Source of the DNA: a virus
Lineage: Duplodnaviria; Caudoviricetes
DNA: 43,247 bases
IMG/VR virus record: IMGVR_UViG_3300034127_000007
Location: 1-43,247 of that record
Reading direction: 5' to 3' (one strand)
Position 1 is the stretch's first letter, and each line of letters opens with the position of its first letter. The translations under genes were made by a program, and so were the position numbers. This document shows positions 23,807 to 34,900 of the stretch, piece by piece. Under the pieces are notes generated by a model. The model was given only the letters and a program-made list of their open reading frames with translations, was not told the origin of the DNA and did no database searches.

Positions 23807-24745
23807 ATGACAACTCAGAACGTACAGAACCTACCTGCCGGCCTACAGGGCCGGGTTGCTGCTGCGACCAGTGCCCCGGCTCCTACGCCAGCACCGGCCC
23901 CGGCTCCAGCGCCGTATGTCCCACCAGTGGATCGCGGTCCGGTTGAAGCTCCGCCTGTAACTCCTGCACCGGCCCCAGCGCCAGCAGTGCAAGAACCCGC
24001 ACCGGTTAATCCGATGCTGTCCCACGTAAGCCAGCAACCCGCCGAACCTGCCCCAACGCCTGCCCCAGCAGCGCCACAAGAGCCGGTGCCAGCGCCGCTT
24101 GCTCCCGTGGAAGTTCCCAAGGAAGAGCCCAAGACGGAGCCTGTACAGAACGGCTCTGTTAACGAGCTGGTCGGCGAGTTGTCGCAAGACCCTAACTTGT
24201 CTGCGGCGGTGTCGTACCTCGACGGTATTTGCGTCGAAGGTAAAGTGGACATCATGCGCGCCTTCGGTGTCGCAGCGGAAGAGGGCGATTCTCGCTTCAT
24301 CGACCGGGCGTACCTGCGCGATGTCCTCGGCGACAAGGCCGACGCAGTAATCAAGACCGCTGAAGGTGTCTTGGCGTACACGAACCAGTATGCAGAACAG
24401 ACTGTATCCGCCGTCCATACACTGGCCGGTAGCGAGCAGAATTGGGACGCGGCTATGTCTGTGTACAACGAGCGCGCCAGCAAGGAAGAGCGAGCGATTA
24501 TCGCCGAGCTTCTGGACTCGGGCGTACGTCACAAGGTAGAGCACGCGGCTAAGCAGATTATCCAATTTGCTGTGCAGGCGGGCGGTGCCATTCAACACAA
24601 CGCCCCGGCCCTCGGTCAACCATCCACGCAACAAGGCATGAACAAAGCGGACTACATCGCCGCTATCAGTGTCCGCAACATCAGCGACGCCGAGTACACC
24701 CGTCTGCGCGGTCTGCGCCAGTTGGGTATCTCGCAAGGTCTGTAA
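23807..24745 (+). CDS. Capsid scaffolding protein with Pro/Ala-rich N-terminus
   Basis: Position between portal and capsid; C-terminal RQLGISQGL. Confidence 0.85.
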   Translation: MTTQNVQNLPAGLQGRVAAATSAPAPTPAPAPAPAPYVPPVDRGPVEAPPVTPAPAPAPAVQEPAPVNPMLSHVSQQPAEPAPTPAPAAPQEPVPAPLAPVEVPKEEPKTEPVQNGSVNELVGELSQDPNLSAAVSYLDGICVEGKVDIMRAFGVAAEEGDSRFIDRAYLRDVLGDKADAVIKTAEGVLAYTNQYAEQTVSAVHTLAGSEQNWDAAMSVYNERASKEERAIIAELLDSGVRHKVEHAAKQIIQFAVQAGGAIQHNAPALGQPSTQQGMNKADYIAAISVRNISDAEYTRLRGLRQLGISQGL

Positions 24746-24782
24746 CCGTAACACCTCCCTCAATTCGCACTAAGGATATACA

Positions 24783-25778
24783 ATGACTGTATTGACCGAT
24801 TTGACTCGTCCACAGTGGGGCGGCCCTAACTCTGACGTGGATATCCACATCGAAGAGCACTTGGGTATCGTGGACAAGACGTTCGCGTACTCTTCGCAGA
24901 TGGCTAATGTCATGAACATTCGCAACCTGCGCGGCACCAACACCGCACGTATCGACCGCTTCGGTAACGTGAAGGTCGGCGGTCGTAAGACCGGCCAACC
25001 GCTGAACGCGTCGAAGGTCGTAAACGACAAGTTCAACATTACCGTGGACACCGTGCTGTACCTGCGCCACGAGTTCGACAAGTTCGACGACTGGACCACC
25101 GACCTGCAATACCGCAAGGAAATCGCGGAACTCGACGGCACCGAACTCGCGAAGCAGTTCGACCAAGCGTGCCTGATCCAAGCTGCCAAGTGCGCCGACT
25201 TCACCCCACCAGCCGGTCTGGAAGGTTCGTTCAACGCCGGTATTCTGGAAACCGCGACCATCGCTGGTACTGCCGCTTCCGGTGAAGCTGACGCCGACAT
25301 TCTGGTACGTGCCCACCGTAAGGGTATCGAGAAGCTGATTCTGCGCGACCTCGGCGACCGCGTGTACGCAGAGGGCGTCACTTACGTCGATCCGGGTATC
25401 TTCACGATCCTGCTGGAACACAAGAAACTGACGAACGTGGAGTATCAAGCACTCGGCGGCGTGAACGACTACGCCCGGTCCCGTATCGCAATCCTGAACG
25501 GTGTACGCCTCGTCGAGACTCCGCGTGTCGTTACTGCGGCCATCACCGACAACCCGCTGGGTTCGGCGTTCAACATGACCGCCGCGCAGGCTCGTCGCCG
25601 GATGATTACCATCATCCCTTCGCTGACCCTCGTTACCGCTCAAGTGCACGCACTGACCGGCGACTATTGGGAAGACAAGCGCGAATTCTCGTGGGTGCTG
25701 GACACCTACCAGTCCTACAACATCGGCCAGCGTCGCCCGGATGCTGCTGCGGTTGTTGACGTGACCGTCTCCCCGTAA
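24783..25778 (+). CDS. Major capsid protein (phiKMV-type)
   Basis: DLTRP...DVDIHIEEHLGIVDK, VVNDK..ITVDT.LYLRH, FDQACLIQ, WVLDTYQSYNIG.RRPD closely follow the phiKMV capsid. Confidence 0.95.
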   Translation: MTVLTDLTRPQWGGPNSDVDIHIEEHLGIVDKTFAYSSQMANVMNIRNLRGTNTARIDRFGNVKVGGRKTGQPLNASKVVNDKFNITVDTVLYLRHEFDKFDDWTTDLQYRKEIAELDGTELAKQFDQACLIQAAKCADFTPPAGLEGSFNAGILETATIAGTAASGEADADILVRAHRKGIEKLILRDLGDRVYAEGVTYVDPGIFTILLEHKKLTNVEYQALGGVNDYARSRIAILNGVRLVETPRVVTAAITDNPLGSAFNMTAAQARRRMITIIPSLTLVTAQVHALTGDYWEDKREFSWVLDTYQSYNIGQRRPDAAAVVDVTVSP

Positions 25779-25784
25779 ACCCTT

Positions 25785-25821
25785 AGCCCACTCACCCTAA
25801 CACGGTGGGTGGGCTTTTTTT
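25785..25821 (+). terminator. Intrinsic terminator after capsid gene (T-phi equivalent)
   Basis: AGCCCACTCACC-loop-GGTGGGTGGGCT stem followed by a T tract. Confidence 0.9.
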
Positions 25822-25835
25822 GGTCTGGAGGTTTT

Positions 25836-26390
25836 ATGACCCTGTTAGAAGCGGTAAACTTGATCCTGCGTAAGATCGGGGAGATTCCAGTAACCAGTGT
25901 AGACGAACAGTACAGCACCATCCCGCTTGCACTCGCAGCGCTGGAGGAGGCACGCGTGCGCCTGTTGTCCGAGGGGTACTGGTTCAACACGTTCTACGAG
26001 CACACCCTACAGCCGGACACTGATGGCAAGGTCAAAGTACCCGCCGACTGTTTGAAGTTCTTCCCGGCAGACGACCAACACACTTGGGTGGGCCGTGGTG
26101 TCCGCATGACTGATACCGGCTCGCTATTCGTGAACGCCCCCGTGCCGGGGCGACTGATTATCGACATCCCGTTCGAAGAGTTGAACCAAGTGGCACAGTA
26201 CGCCGTTGCGTACACCGCTGCGTACGACACGTACGTGGCCGACGTTGGGCCGGACGATGTGTCTAAGGACTTGGCGGCCCGCGTCGTCGAGTTCGTGGAA
26301 CAGATGAACGGTGACCACACGGTTAGCCGTAAACAGAACAGCCGCCAGCGTAAGCAAGTGCAACGGTGGCGTCAATCCCTAAGGACTTGA
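25836..26390 (+). CDS. Tail tubular protein A
   Basis: MTLLEAVNLILRKIGE, GYWFN; GGAGG SD before ATG 25836. Confidence 0.92.
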   Translation: MTLLEAVNLILRKIGEIPVTSVDEQYSTIPLALAALEEARVRLLSEGYWFNTFYEHTLQPDTDGKVKVPADCLKFFPADDQHTWVGRGVRMTDTGSLFVNAPVPGRLIIDIPFEELNQVAQYAVAYTAAYDTYVADVGPDDVSKDLAARVVEFVEQMNGDHTVSRKQNSRQRKQVQRWRQSLRT

Positions 26391-26391
26391 T

Positions 26392-28740
26392 ATGGCCTAT
26401 AACGAAAGCGCGTACCCCAACTTACTGTTTGGTGTGAGCCAGCAGGCACCAGAGGCCCGGTTACCCGGTCAACTGGAAGAACAAATCAACATGACATCCG
26501 ACCTTGTGGCCGGATTGCGTCGGCGTGCCTCCGTGGGTATGATCGCCGACCTAGGCGCGTACACTACCATCGGACAGGTGCGCCAGTACAACACGGACAT
26601 GGGCGGCGTGGCTGTATCCGTTATCGTGGACTCTGGCGGTGACGGTACGTTAAAGGTGGTCGAAGAGAACAGCGGTACGGTTCTTGGGACGTTCACGCAC
26701 GCATACCTTAAATCCGCAATCGCCCGTAACCTACGACTCGTCACATTGAATGACGCGGTGTTCATCTGCAACGTAGGCGAGAAAGTCACGATGGACGACG
26801 CCCCGGAGAAGGCCACCATGCCTAACCCGGAGCTGCGTGGTTACGCGTACGTCGTAACCGGAGCGTTCGCCAAGGCGTACACCTTGACCGTAACCAACCA
26901 AGTTACAGGCACGGCATATGACGTGACGTTCACCACCCCGGATGGTTCGGTAGCGGGCCAGTCCTCCCAAGCCACCCCGGATTACATCATGACGCAGCTA
27001 GTGTCACTGTGGGCCAGCACACACGCCGCTACCGGTGTTACATTAACCGGTGTCGGTGCATACGGGCGACTCGTGGCACCGGATACCGGGTGGAAGCTCA
27101 CCGTATCCACCGTGAGTGGCTCGAACTATATGCGGACCAGTAACGCGTCCAGTATCCGCGATGCGGCGGAACTCCCGGCACGTTTACCTGCGGACATGAA
27201 CGGCTATATCATCGGTGTGGGTGCGTCGAACGTGAAGACGTTCTACCGGTACGACGATGCGCGTAAGGTGTGGACGGAAGACTGTAATTGGTCCGACATG
27301 AAACGCCTAGGGAACATGCCCTTACGCCTCGTACGGAACCCTGCGGACGGTACGTACACACTGGACCAGCCGACGTACGAGCGCCGGGCAGCAGGTGACG
27401 CGAAGTCTAACCCGTTCCTCAAGTTCGCTACCGACGGTATCACCGGTATGGCTGCCTTCCAAGGCCGCTTGGTATTCCTGTCGAATGAGTACGCTTGTAT
27501 GTCGGCGAGTGACAACCCTCTGCGGTGGTTCCGTTCGACGCTGGCAGCAGTGGCCGACAATGACCCGATTGAAGTAGCGGCACAGGGTAGCTTGACCGCC
27601 CCGTATGAGTTCGCCGTGAACTTCAATAAAGACTTGGTTATGTTTTCCCGGCGTTATCAGGGGATCGTACCGGGCAACACGCTCGTAACACCCCGGACAG
27701 CTAACGTCGCACTCATGACGCGGTACGAGGTGGACACCACCGCCGAACCCACCGCCGCTGGCCGGTCCATATTCTTCGGTGCGCCGCGTTCCCTCGGGTT
27801 CGTAGGTGCGCATGAAATGGTGCCAAGTCAGTACGCGGATAGCCAGTACGTAGCGGATGATGTGACCTCGCATATCCCGCGATACGTCAAGGGACCGTTC
27901 CGGTTCATGGTGTCCAGCACCACGTCGAACATCATGGTATGCGGTACGGGTGAGCCTAACGAGCTACTGGTACACGAGTACCTATGGTCGGCTGCGGAGA
28001 AGGTACATAGCTCATGGCACAAGTGGGTGTTCGCCCACCCAGTAGTGGATGCGTACTTTTCGGGTGACGTGTTGGTTACGCTGTTCGGCGTAGGCGGGAA
28101 GCTCATTATCTGCCGCCTGGACTTGCAGCGTGGGGCAGGTGACATCAGCCCGACGGTGCCGCGTCTGGACTACTACGTCGAGGCGACTTGCCACACTCCG
28201 GGCGTTATCGTGGTGCCCGCAGCACTAGGTACTATCGGCACAGATATCCGTGCGTTCAAGACACACGGGCAGAATGCGTACCTAGGTCAGAAGGTGTTCA
28301 CAAGTACCCCGGCCGGGCCACTGCTTAATCTGGACGTGCCCGAGGCAGAGGTGGGCGACCAGTACGTAATCGGGTTCATGTTCACCAGCGTAGCCGAGCC
28401 AACCAGCCCGGTTATCAAGGACGCAAAGGACGTACCGATTACCACCAGCCGCGCAGTACTGCACAAGTACCGGGTATCCGTGGCGAACACAGGCGAGTTC
28501 ACGTACACCGTAGGCGACCGCGTACGACAGACTGCGGATACGAACACCACCCCGCTACGCCTGTACTCGCAGCAACTTGGCGCCGGTAAGCCTCTGGCTG
28601 ATACTGAGACGGTGGTTATCCCCGCTCGCGTCGATATGCGTACGGCTAAACTGCGGCTCTCTACCAGCGATTACTACGACATGAACGTACGTAACATCGA
28701 GTACGGGTTCCGCTTCCATCAACGATTCCGAAGAGCGTAA
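26392..28740 (+). CDS. Tail tubular protein B
   Basis: GVSQQ..RLPGQ...GLRRR, FQGRLVFL, SWHKW motifs; 782 aa. Confidence 0.93.
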   Translation: MAYNESAYPNLLFGVSQQAPEARLPGQLEEQINMTSDLVAGLRRRASVGMIADLGAYTTIGQVRQYNTDMGGVAVSVIVDSGGDGTLKVVEENSGTVLGTFTHAYLKSAIARNLRLVTLNDAVFICNVGEKVTMDDAPEKATMPNPELRGYAYVVTGAFAKAYTLTVTNQVTGTAYDVTFTTPDGSVAGQSSQATPDYIMTQLVSLWASTHAATGVTLTGVGAYGRLVAPDTGWKLTVSTVSGSNYMRTSNASSIRDAAELPARLPADMNGYIIGVGASNVKTFYRYDDARKVWTEDCNWSDMKRLGNMPLRLVRNPADGTYTLDQPTYERRAAGDAKSNPFLKFATDGITGMAAFQGRLVFLSNEYACMSASDNPLRWFRSTLAAVADNDPIEVAAQGSLTAPYEFAVNFNKDLVMFSRRYQGIVPGNTLVTPRTANVALMTRYEVDTTAEPTAAGRSIFFGAPRSLGFVGAHEMVPSQYADSQYVADDVTSHIPRYVKGPFRFMVSSTTSNIMVCGTGEPNELLVHEYLWSAAEKVHSSWHKWVFAHPVVDAYFSGDVLVTLFGVGGKLIICRLDLQRGAGDISPTVPRLDYYVEATCHTPGVIVVPAALGTIGTDIRAFKTHGQNAYLGQKVFTSTPAGPLLNLDVPEAEVGDQYVIGFMFTSVAEPTSPVIKDAKDVPITTSRAVLHKYRVSVANTGEFTYTVGDRVRQTADTNTTPLRLYSQQLGAGKPLADTETVVIPARVDMRTAKLRLSTSDYYDMNVRNIEYGFRFHQRFRRA

Positions 28741-28743
28741 ACT

Positions 28744-29274
28744 ATGATCTGGATGTTAGCCGGGATGGCCGCTCTGTCGGCCGTCAAAACCGGCATTGAC
28801 AACAAAGAGAAAGCCAAACAAATCAAGGCAATGAACAAGGTGAAGTACGCCGCTGACCTTGAGACGCTGGCAAACAACGCACAGAACGTCAGTTCGCTTA
28901 TGGTGCAACAGGGCCAGATGCGCGTACAGGCTGCCAAGGAGTTCAACGCAGCCGAGGCAGAGGCGTTCAAGGCCAAGGGCACCGGGCAAGCACAAGCAGC
29001 GGCGGCACAGGTTAAGGGCGCGTCTGTTGACGCCACCCTAAACGATATCGACCGTGAGCTGTACGAGGCCAAGGTATCCACCGTGCAGAACTTCGAAGCG
29101 CAGGAGCAGGACTTGGGCAACCGCCTACAAGGCTTGATTGCGGGCGCTAAAAGCAGCTTGAACGGCTGGATGGACCCCAACACCGGGCGACAGAACCCAC
29201 TGTTAAACGGACTGATGACGGCCGGTTCGGCTTACATGACCTCGGCGTTTCAGTTCGGCGCTAGCCGGGCGTAG
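28744..29274 (+). CDS. Internal virion protein A (ejection protein)
   Basis: Position, size and AAAAQVKGASVDA motif. Confidence 0.8.
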   Translation: MIWMLAGMAALSAVKTGIDNKEKAKQIKAMNKVKYAADLETLANNAQNVSSLMVQQGQMRVQAAKEFNAAEAEAFKAKGTGQAQAAAAQVKGASVDATLNDIDRELYEAKVSTVQNFEAQEQDLGNRLQGLIAGAKSSLNGWMDPNTGRQNPLLNGLMTAGSAYMTSAFQFGASRA

Positions 29275-29290
29275 TATTAATGCGTTAACA
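29275..29290. promoter_or_regulatory. Quasi-palindromic operator-like site 5 (TATTAATGCGTTAACA)
   Basis: 14/16 match; starts immediately after the stop codon, intergenic. Confidence 0.55.
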
Positions 29291-29328
29291 TCCACGGGCG
29301 GTATGTCGCCGCCCAACAGGGGAGCCGT

Positions 29329-31932
29329 ATGGTTCAGCGTAATACACAGGAATTTCAGCTACAACAACAGGGCGTGCGTATCTCGCAGGCTACGAACCTC
29401 GGGCCGGGGAAGGTACAGGACTCCGATTACACCGGGCCGTCCATCGCTACCCAAGCACTCGACGGGCTCCTGTCCGTGGGGCAGCAGGTGCTAGGCAAGG
29501 GTATTCAGCAAGAGGCACAGAACTCATACTTGGAAGGCCGACGGGCGCGTATGGCCGGGCAGGCGCAGGAAGAGGTACAGGGCAATATCTTTAGCCGCCC
29601 ATTCGTGAACGGCGGGTATCAGGACGAGGATTACCGCATTGAGCAGGCGAACATGGCCCGCGAAATGCAAGAGTTGATTGCCACCTCGGGGCAGTCGATG
29701 GACCCGACCGAGTTCGGTAAGCTCGTGCAGCAGCGCGCATCGAAGTACACCGACAAGTTCAGCAGTATGTCCGAGCATGGGCAGTTGGAGGCCATGACCT
29801 CACAAGAGGCTATGGAACGCAGCCTGTTTACCAAGCAGGCCGGGGCGTATCAGAAGTGGTCGATTGACGAGGGCGCTAAACGCTTCTTGTCGCAAGGTAA
29901 CCAAATCATCACCGACCTTGCGGCCTCGTCCGGGGACCACGTACTGTACGCGCAGAACACCGAGCGCGCCGCGCTGCTGTACCGCGACCTCGCGACCAAT
30001 CCGAAGTTACCGGCAGAAATGCGGGAGAAGATTAGTTCGCAGTACCTCGGCGCCCTCATTGGCGCGGATCAACGCGGCGTCGTCGAGACATTGCGAGACG
30101 GCGGGTTCTTGAACAACATGGCATTCGACGACCGTAAGACGTTGGACGCTGCTATGCGGGAGAGCCGTACCCGGACCAGTGCCACCGACAACCTGTCGCT
30201 AGTGGAGCAGAACTCGCAGTTTGAGTACAACGTGGGGACGGGCAACGTCACCGCCGAGGAGTTGGACGCTCACATTACCAACGAGACGTTGGGCGGTCGC
30301 ATGACGACCAAGCAGGCCATGGCGCTGCGTACGTCGTACCTGAAAGGCATGGCGAACCAAGACGACCAACAAGCCCTGCTGGCTGCTGTGGGTAACCGTG
30401 ACTTGAGCGGCCTTGCGAAGCTGGGTTACACCGGGGCCGAGGGTATCGAGGCCATGGACAAGCAACTAGCCAAGAACGGCGTACCGTTACCCAAGCGTAT
30501 CGAGACTGGTATGTCCGTCGGCCTCGACTTGGGGCAATTGCCTAAATCGTTCGGCGACACCATCGGCCAAGCCGTGCGCGCTGTCGCTGCCAACCCGGAC
30601 GGCCAACCGCTCTCGGGCGACCTCGTGGAGACTTTGAACGCCGTTACAGGTACGCTGACGATCAACGAGCAGAAGAACCCCGGCGCCCGTGCGGTGCTGC
30701 TGGGCGCTATGCCCGAGGACACGAAAGCGACTATGGCGTACGTGCTGCGCCAGCAGGATAACGGCGTACCCGCTGCGCAGGCCATCAAGGAGTTCGCGAT
30801 TAACAAAGATGCGTTCGCTAAGCTAGATGCACTTGAGCAGGGTATGCGCACGCAGAAGTTCCGCAAGTCGCTGTACGACAAAGTAGAGTCACTGTCCACC
30901 AGCAACATCGCGAACAAGGCCGGGAACCTCTTTAGGGGGGAGTCCAACCTGTCGGCGAACCCGTACCATCAAGTCGCATTGGCCGGTGCCCTCACCGACG
31001 AGCTGGCGAACATCACGAGCAACCGGGATAACATGGGGTTAAACGAGGACGCGGCGCTAGATTTGGCCGTGGCTAACGTACAGGCCCGTACTATTACCGT
31101 TGGTGAGAAGGGTGTACTGTTTACCGGTGAGGACCGGCGCGGGCTTATCCTGCCGCGTGGTGTGCAGGTTGAACAGGTGTTCGGTTCCAGTAACAAGGCC
31201 ATGATCGGTAAACTACTGTCCGAAGAGTACCCGAAGGCCGCAGACGGTTTCGAGTCTACGTTCTCTTTCAACCGGGCGACCGGGAAGCTAGAGAACTTGC
31301 AGATTGATACGACCGGGCGTGTGTTGCAACGTACGCCAGTGGACCCACAGGCCATCGGCAAGAAGATCAACGACGAGCAGGCGCGCATTCTGGACCAAGC
31401 CCGACAAGCGCACTTCGGCGCGGACATTGACATGGGCGGGCAACCGTTCAAGGTCGACGGCGGTAACTCCTACGGTATCCCTGTCCGCCAAGCCTACGAG
31501 TTCCGCAAGGAGCTTACCGGCATGGAAGGGCTGCGACTGGAGGTGTACAAGGACCGTAACGGCTTGGCCGTGGGTGTCGGTCGTAACGTAACCGGGCAGA
31601 TGAAAGAGGGTGACAAGATCACCCGCGAGCAGGCCGAGAAGTGGTTCCGCGAGGACTCCGACAAGGCCATGCAACAGGGTACGCAGATTGGGCGTCAATT
31701 GGGTGTTCGTGATCCGGGTGCACTTGCAGGCTTGAGTGGTGCTGTGTTCCAATTGGGGGCTGATGGCTTGGCGAAGCATACCAAGACAGCGGACGCTATC
31801 CGCACACAGGACTGGAACGCCTTTGTATCTGAGGTGCGTTCTAGCGATTGGGCGAAGCAGACACCAGAACGAACCGAGTGGTTCATTAAACGTATGGCCC
31901 CGCATTTCTCGGGTACACGCATAACGGAGTAA
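29329..31932 (+). CDS. Internal virion protein B with C-terminal lysozyme domain (phiKMV gp36-like)
   Basis: C-terminal EGLRLEVYKD...VGVG, FQLG..GL, SDWAKQTPER T4-lysozyme-like motifs. Confidence 0.9.
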   Translation: MVQRNTQEFQLQQQGVRISQATNLGPGKVQDSDYTGPSIATQALDGLLSVGQQVLGKGIQQEAQNSYLEGRRARMAGQAQEEVQGNIFSRPFVNGGYQDEDYRIEQANMAREMQELIATSGQSMDPTEFGKLVQQRASKYTDKFSSMSEHGQLEAMTSQEAMERSLFTKQAGAYQKWSIDEGAKRFLSQGNQIITDLAASSGDHVLYAQNTERAALLYRDLATNPKLPAEMREKISSQYLGALIGADQRGVVETLRDGGFLNNMAFDDRKTLDAAMRESRTRTSATDNLSLVEQNSQFEYNVGTGNVTAEELDAHITNETLGGRMTTKQAMALRTSYLKGMANQDDQQALLAAVGNRDLSGLAKLGYTGAEGIEAMDKQLAKNGVPLPKRIETGMSVGLDLGQLPKSFGDTIGQAVRAVAANPDGQPLSGDLVETLNAVTGTLTINEQKNPGARAVLLGAMPEDTKATMAYVLRQQDNGVPAAQAIKEFAINKDAFAKLDALEQGMRTQKFRKSLYDKVESLSTSNIANKAGNLFRGESNLSANPYHQVALAGALTDELANITSNRDNMGLNEDAALDLAVANVQARTITVGEKGVLFTGEDRRGLILPRGVQVEQVFGSSNKAMIGKLLSEEYPKAADGFESTFSFNRATGKLENLQIDTTGRVLQRTPVDPQAIGKKINDEQARILDQARQAHFGADIDMGGQPFKVDGGNSYGIPVRQAYEFRKELTGMEGLRLEVYKDRNGLAVGVGRNVTGQMKEGDKITREQAEKWFREDSDKAMQQGTQIGRQLGVRDPGALAGLSGAVFQLGADGLAKHTKTADAIRTQDWNAFVSEVRSSDWAKQTPERTEWFIKRMAPHFSGTRITE

Positions 31933-31939
31933 ATGACAC

Positions 31940-34900
31940 ATGGCAAAAGGCTCGTTGAACGTCAAGGCAGCAGACGCGGTGCCTCTGGACGAACTACAGG
32001 CGGCGCTTAACCCAGCGCAGCCTACGGGCCTGAATGCTTCGGTAGCAGACGTGGGCGGCGAGATTAACGCCGCCAAAGTCGAGCAGTACCAGAAGATTCA
32101 GGAGCAGCCGATTCAGGTGGAACTTGATACGGCCAAGGACAGCTTGGGCGACAAGATCGCAGCAGCGGCGCAGGAGTCATACACCGGGTACATTGTGCAA
32201 GCAATGGAGCGGAGCTATAACGACCAGTACGCGGACTACGATCCGACGTTCCAAGGCACCCGACGCGCCCAAGAACTGATTACCTCTATGGGTATCGAGG
32301 CGTCCGAGTCCAACCTTGAAATCCTTGGCCGGGCAGGTAACGCCGACGACCAAATGGAACTGGCGCAACAACTGGCGCAGCATCACACCAATCAGGAGAT
32401 ATTGAACCGTCATGGCGGATACGCACTTGCGAGCGGAGTACTTGACCCGACAACTCTCCTTGTTGATTTTGCCACCTTCGGCGCGAGCAAGGCGCTCACC
32501 CTTGGACGACTTGCCTCTGGCACGTTGGGGGCTGTTGCAGGCACGTCCCTCACTGGAGCCGCAGACATGGCGGGACGCTCCACAACCGGATTCGACTACG
32601 TGCTTAATGCGGGCCTTACTGGTGGAGCAATGGCGCTCTTTGGTGGAGCAGGCGCAAGTCATATCGCCTCTGGTGGTAACTTTGGCGGACTCGGGCGAGT
32701 TAACATCCCCGGCACCAACGGGCGATTGGCCAAGGTAATCAACGACTTTACGTCGGAGACGGACAAGCTCATGTACGCCGCCCCGGACTCCGCAGCGGTC
32801 CTTAAGCCGCTGATGGACGACCCTGTGCGCCGTACAACCAGCCTCACCAACAACAACGCCGCGTCGTTCCTGCGTCGCTACGGCAACGAGTTCGACGGGT
32901 ACATGGCATCCTATGACGGCCTGCTAGAACAGGGGCTCAAGGAGCAACAGGGGTGGTCGTTCGTCTCGCGTAAGCTGGACCTGTCCGGTAAGTACGGTAC
33001 GGCCCGTGACGACTTGAACAAGCGCGTGGCCGAGGAGCTGCTGCGCCGCAATGATGATTGGCAGAAGTTCGGGAACGTCATGCACGACCCGCACTTGGAC
33101 CCACTGGTTAAGAAGCTGGCCGATGAATCCGACCGCATCCACGCCGCTATCGGTGAGAAGGCGCGGGACGCTGGTGTGCGCGGGTTTGAGAACTTCCAAG
33201 CGCAGCCGGGGTACTTCCACCGGAGCTGGAACGAGTCCTTAATCCAAGGGATCGAACGCGCACACCCAGGCACCGCCCGTGCCCTTATTGCGCAGTCTGC
33301 ACTGGCCGGTATCAAGGGCATAGGCGCAGACGAAGCCGACGCCATCGCCACGGCCCTGTTGCAGCGCGTCAAGGACAAGGCTCACGGCACCCGATCCGAC
33401 TTTATGGGCGGCCTCGGGAAGACTGATAACCAGTTCATCCGTGAGGCTATGGAAGCGTCGAAGATGCCCCAACCCAAGATCGACAGCATCATGGCCAAAA
33501 TTGAGCAGAAGGCGAGCGACCAAGGGACGACCAAGTACGGTAAGCACCGTCTGTCGTTCGACATGACCGCGAGCATCAAGACTGCCGACGGCACCACGTA
33601 CCGTATGTCCGACTTGATCGACACGGACTTGGACCGTGTAATGGAGAACTACACGTCGTCTATGGCGGGCCGGACTGCGCTCGCGAAAGCAGGTGTGGCA
33701 GGCGACGACGCCGAGCTGGAGGCATTGAAGCGTAACTACATGGCGACGCTTAAGGACTTACCGCTGGCGAAACAGAACGAACTGATGGACCAACTGGAGG
33801 GGCTGATAGGCGACTTCACCGGGAACCGTCCGGCGCAGAACGTCTTGGGGCCGGTTGCACAGCGCGTAAAGGCTATCGCTGACGCCACCATGCTGTCCGG
33901 TTCCGGGTTGTGGCAGGTTGCAGAGTACACCACTCTGGCGCAGCGCCACGGGCTCGTGCAGACCGGCAAGGCGTTCTTTAAAGCGTTCCCCGGCGTTAAG
34001 CAGATTCTCCACAGCGCCAAGCAGAACCCGGACCTAGCGGACGAGCTGGCTACCGTGCTGCAAGTTGACCTTGCGCGGGACGTGCGCGTGCGCCCGTGGA
34101 AGCGCCAACACGACGTAAACCTGTCCTCGTCGGATACCAAGTTCGACCGCCTGCTACACGCGGGTAAACAGGCTGTGCCGTACCTTAACGGTATGAAATA
34201 CATTCAGGCAAACCAAGCCCGAATGAACGCGAACTTAGCCCTGAATAAGCTGGCCCGAGCCGCCCAAGGGGACGCGGGTGCGCTCAAGCAAATCATGGAG
34301 TACGCGCCCGATTTGGACTGGCCGCGTGTTAAGCAAGCCCTGTTGGATAATGCGACATACAATGGTAAGAACGCAACGTCCATGAATTGGGGCGGATGGG
34401 CAAAGGCCGACATTGATAGCACTATGAACGTCGCGCTTCGCATAATGGACGACGCCCTGTTGTTTGGGCGACCGGGTCAAGGCTCGTCGTTCTCCCGTTC
34501 TGCCGTGGGCCAAGTGCTCGGGCAGTTCCAATCATTCGTTGCGCTTGCTCATAACAAGACGCTGCGCGGCACGCTGAACACAAGCGGCGTGGGTGCCCTA
34601 GCGACTGTGCTTGCCTACCAGTACCCGGCCACCTTCCTAATGGTAATGGTGAACGAGGCACGTAAGGGCCAGCTTGACACCAGCGACGCCGGGCTAACGA
34701 AAGTTGCCAAGGGCGCGTTGGGCTACACCGCTGGCCTCGGGTTCTTCTCGGGCGCGGCTTCGATTGCCGGGCTGACTGGCGGTCGCGCCGGTATGTCCGT
34801 CCCCCTTACCGGGATCATGGACGCACCGGCCCGTGCCTTGGGTGGCATAAACAAGATGTACGAGGGTGAGTACCGTTCCGGCTCGGCTGATATTGCCAAG

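Noticed and set aside
24157-24172. TGTTAACGAG half match to the operator-like motif in the scaffold gene
   Set aside because: The second half-site is absent and it lies within coding sequence.
25740-25836. T7 10B-like capsid frameshift extension
   Set aside because: The stop is followed immediately by the terminator and I saw no slippery site.
29275-29314. Possible phage promoter (TTAATGCG..., and reverse GCGACATA)
   Set aside because: Each matches only half of the promoter consensus; better explained as the palindromic site plus a hairpin.
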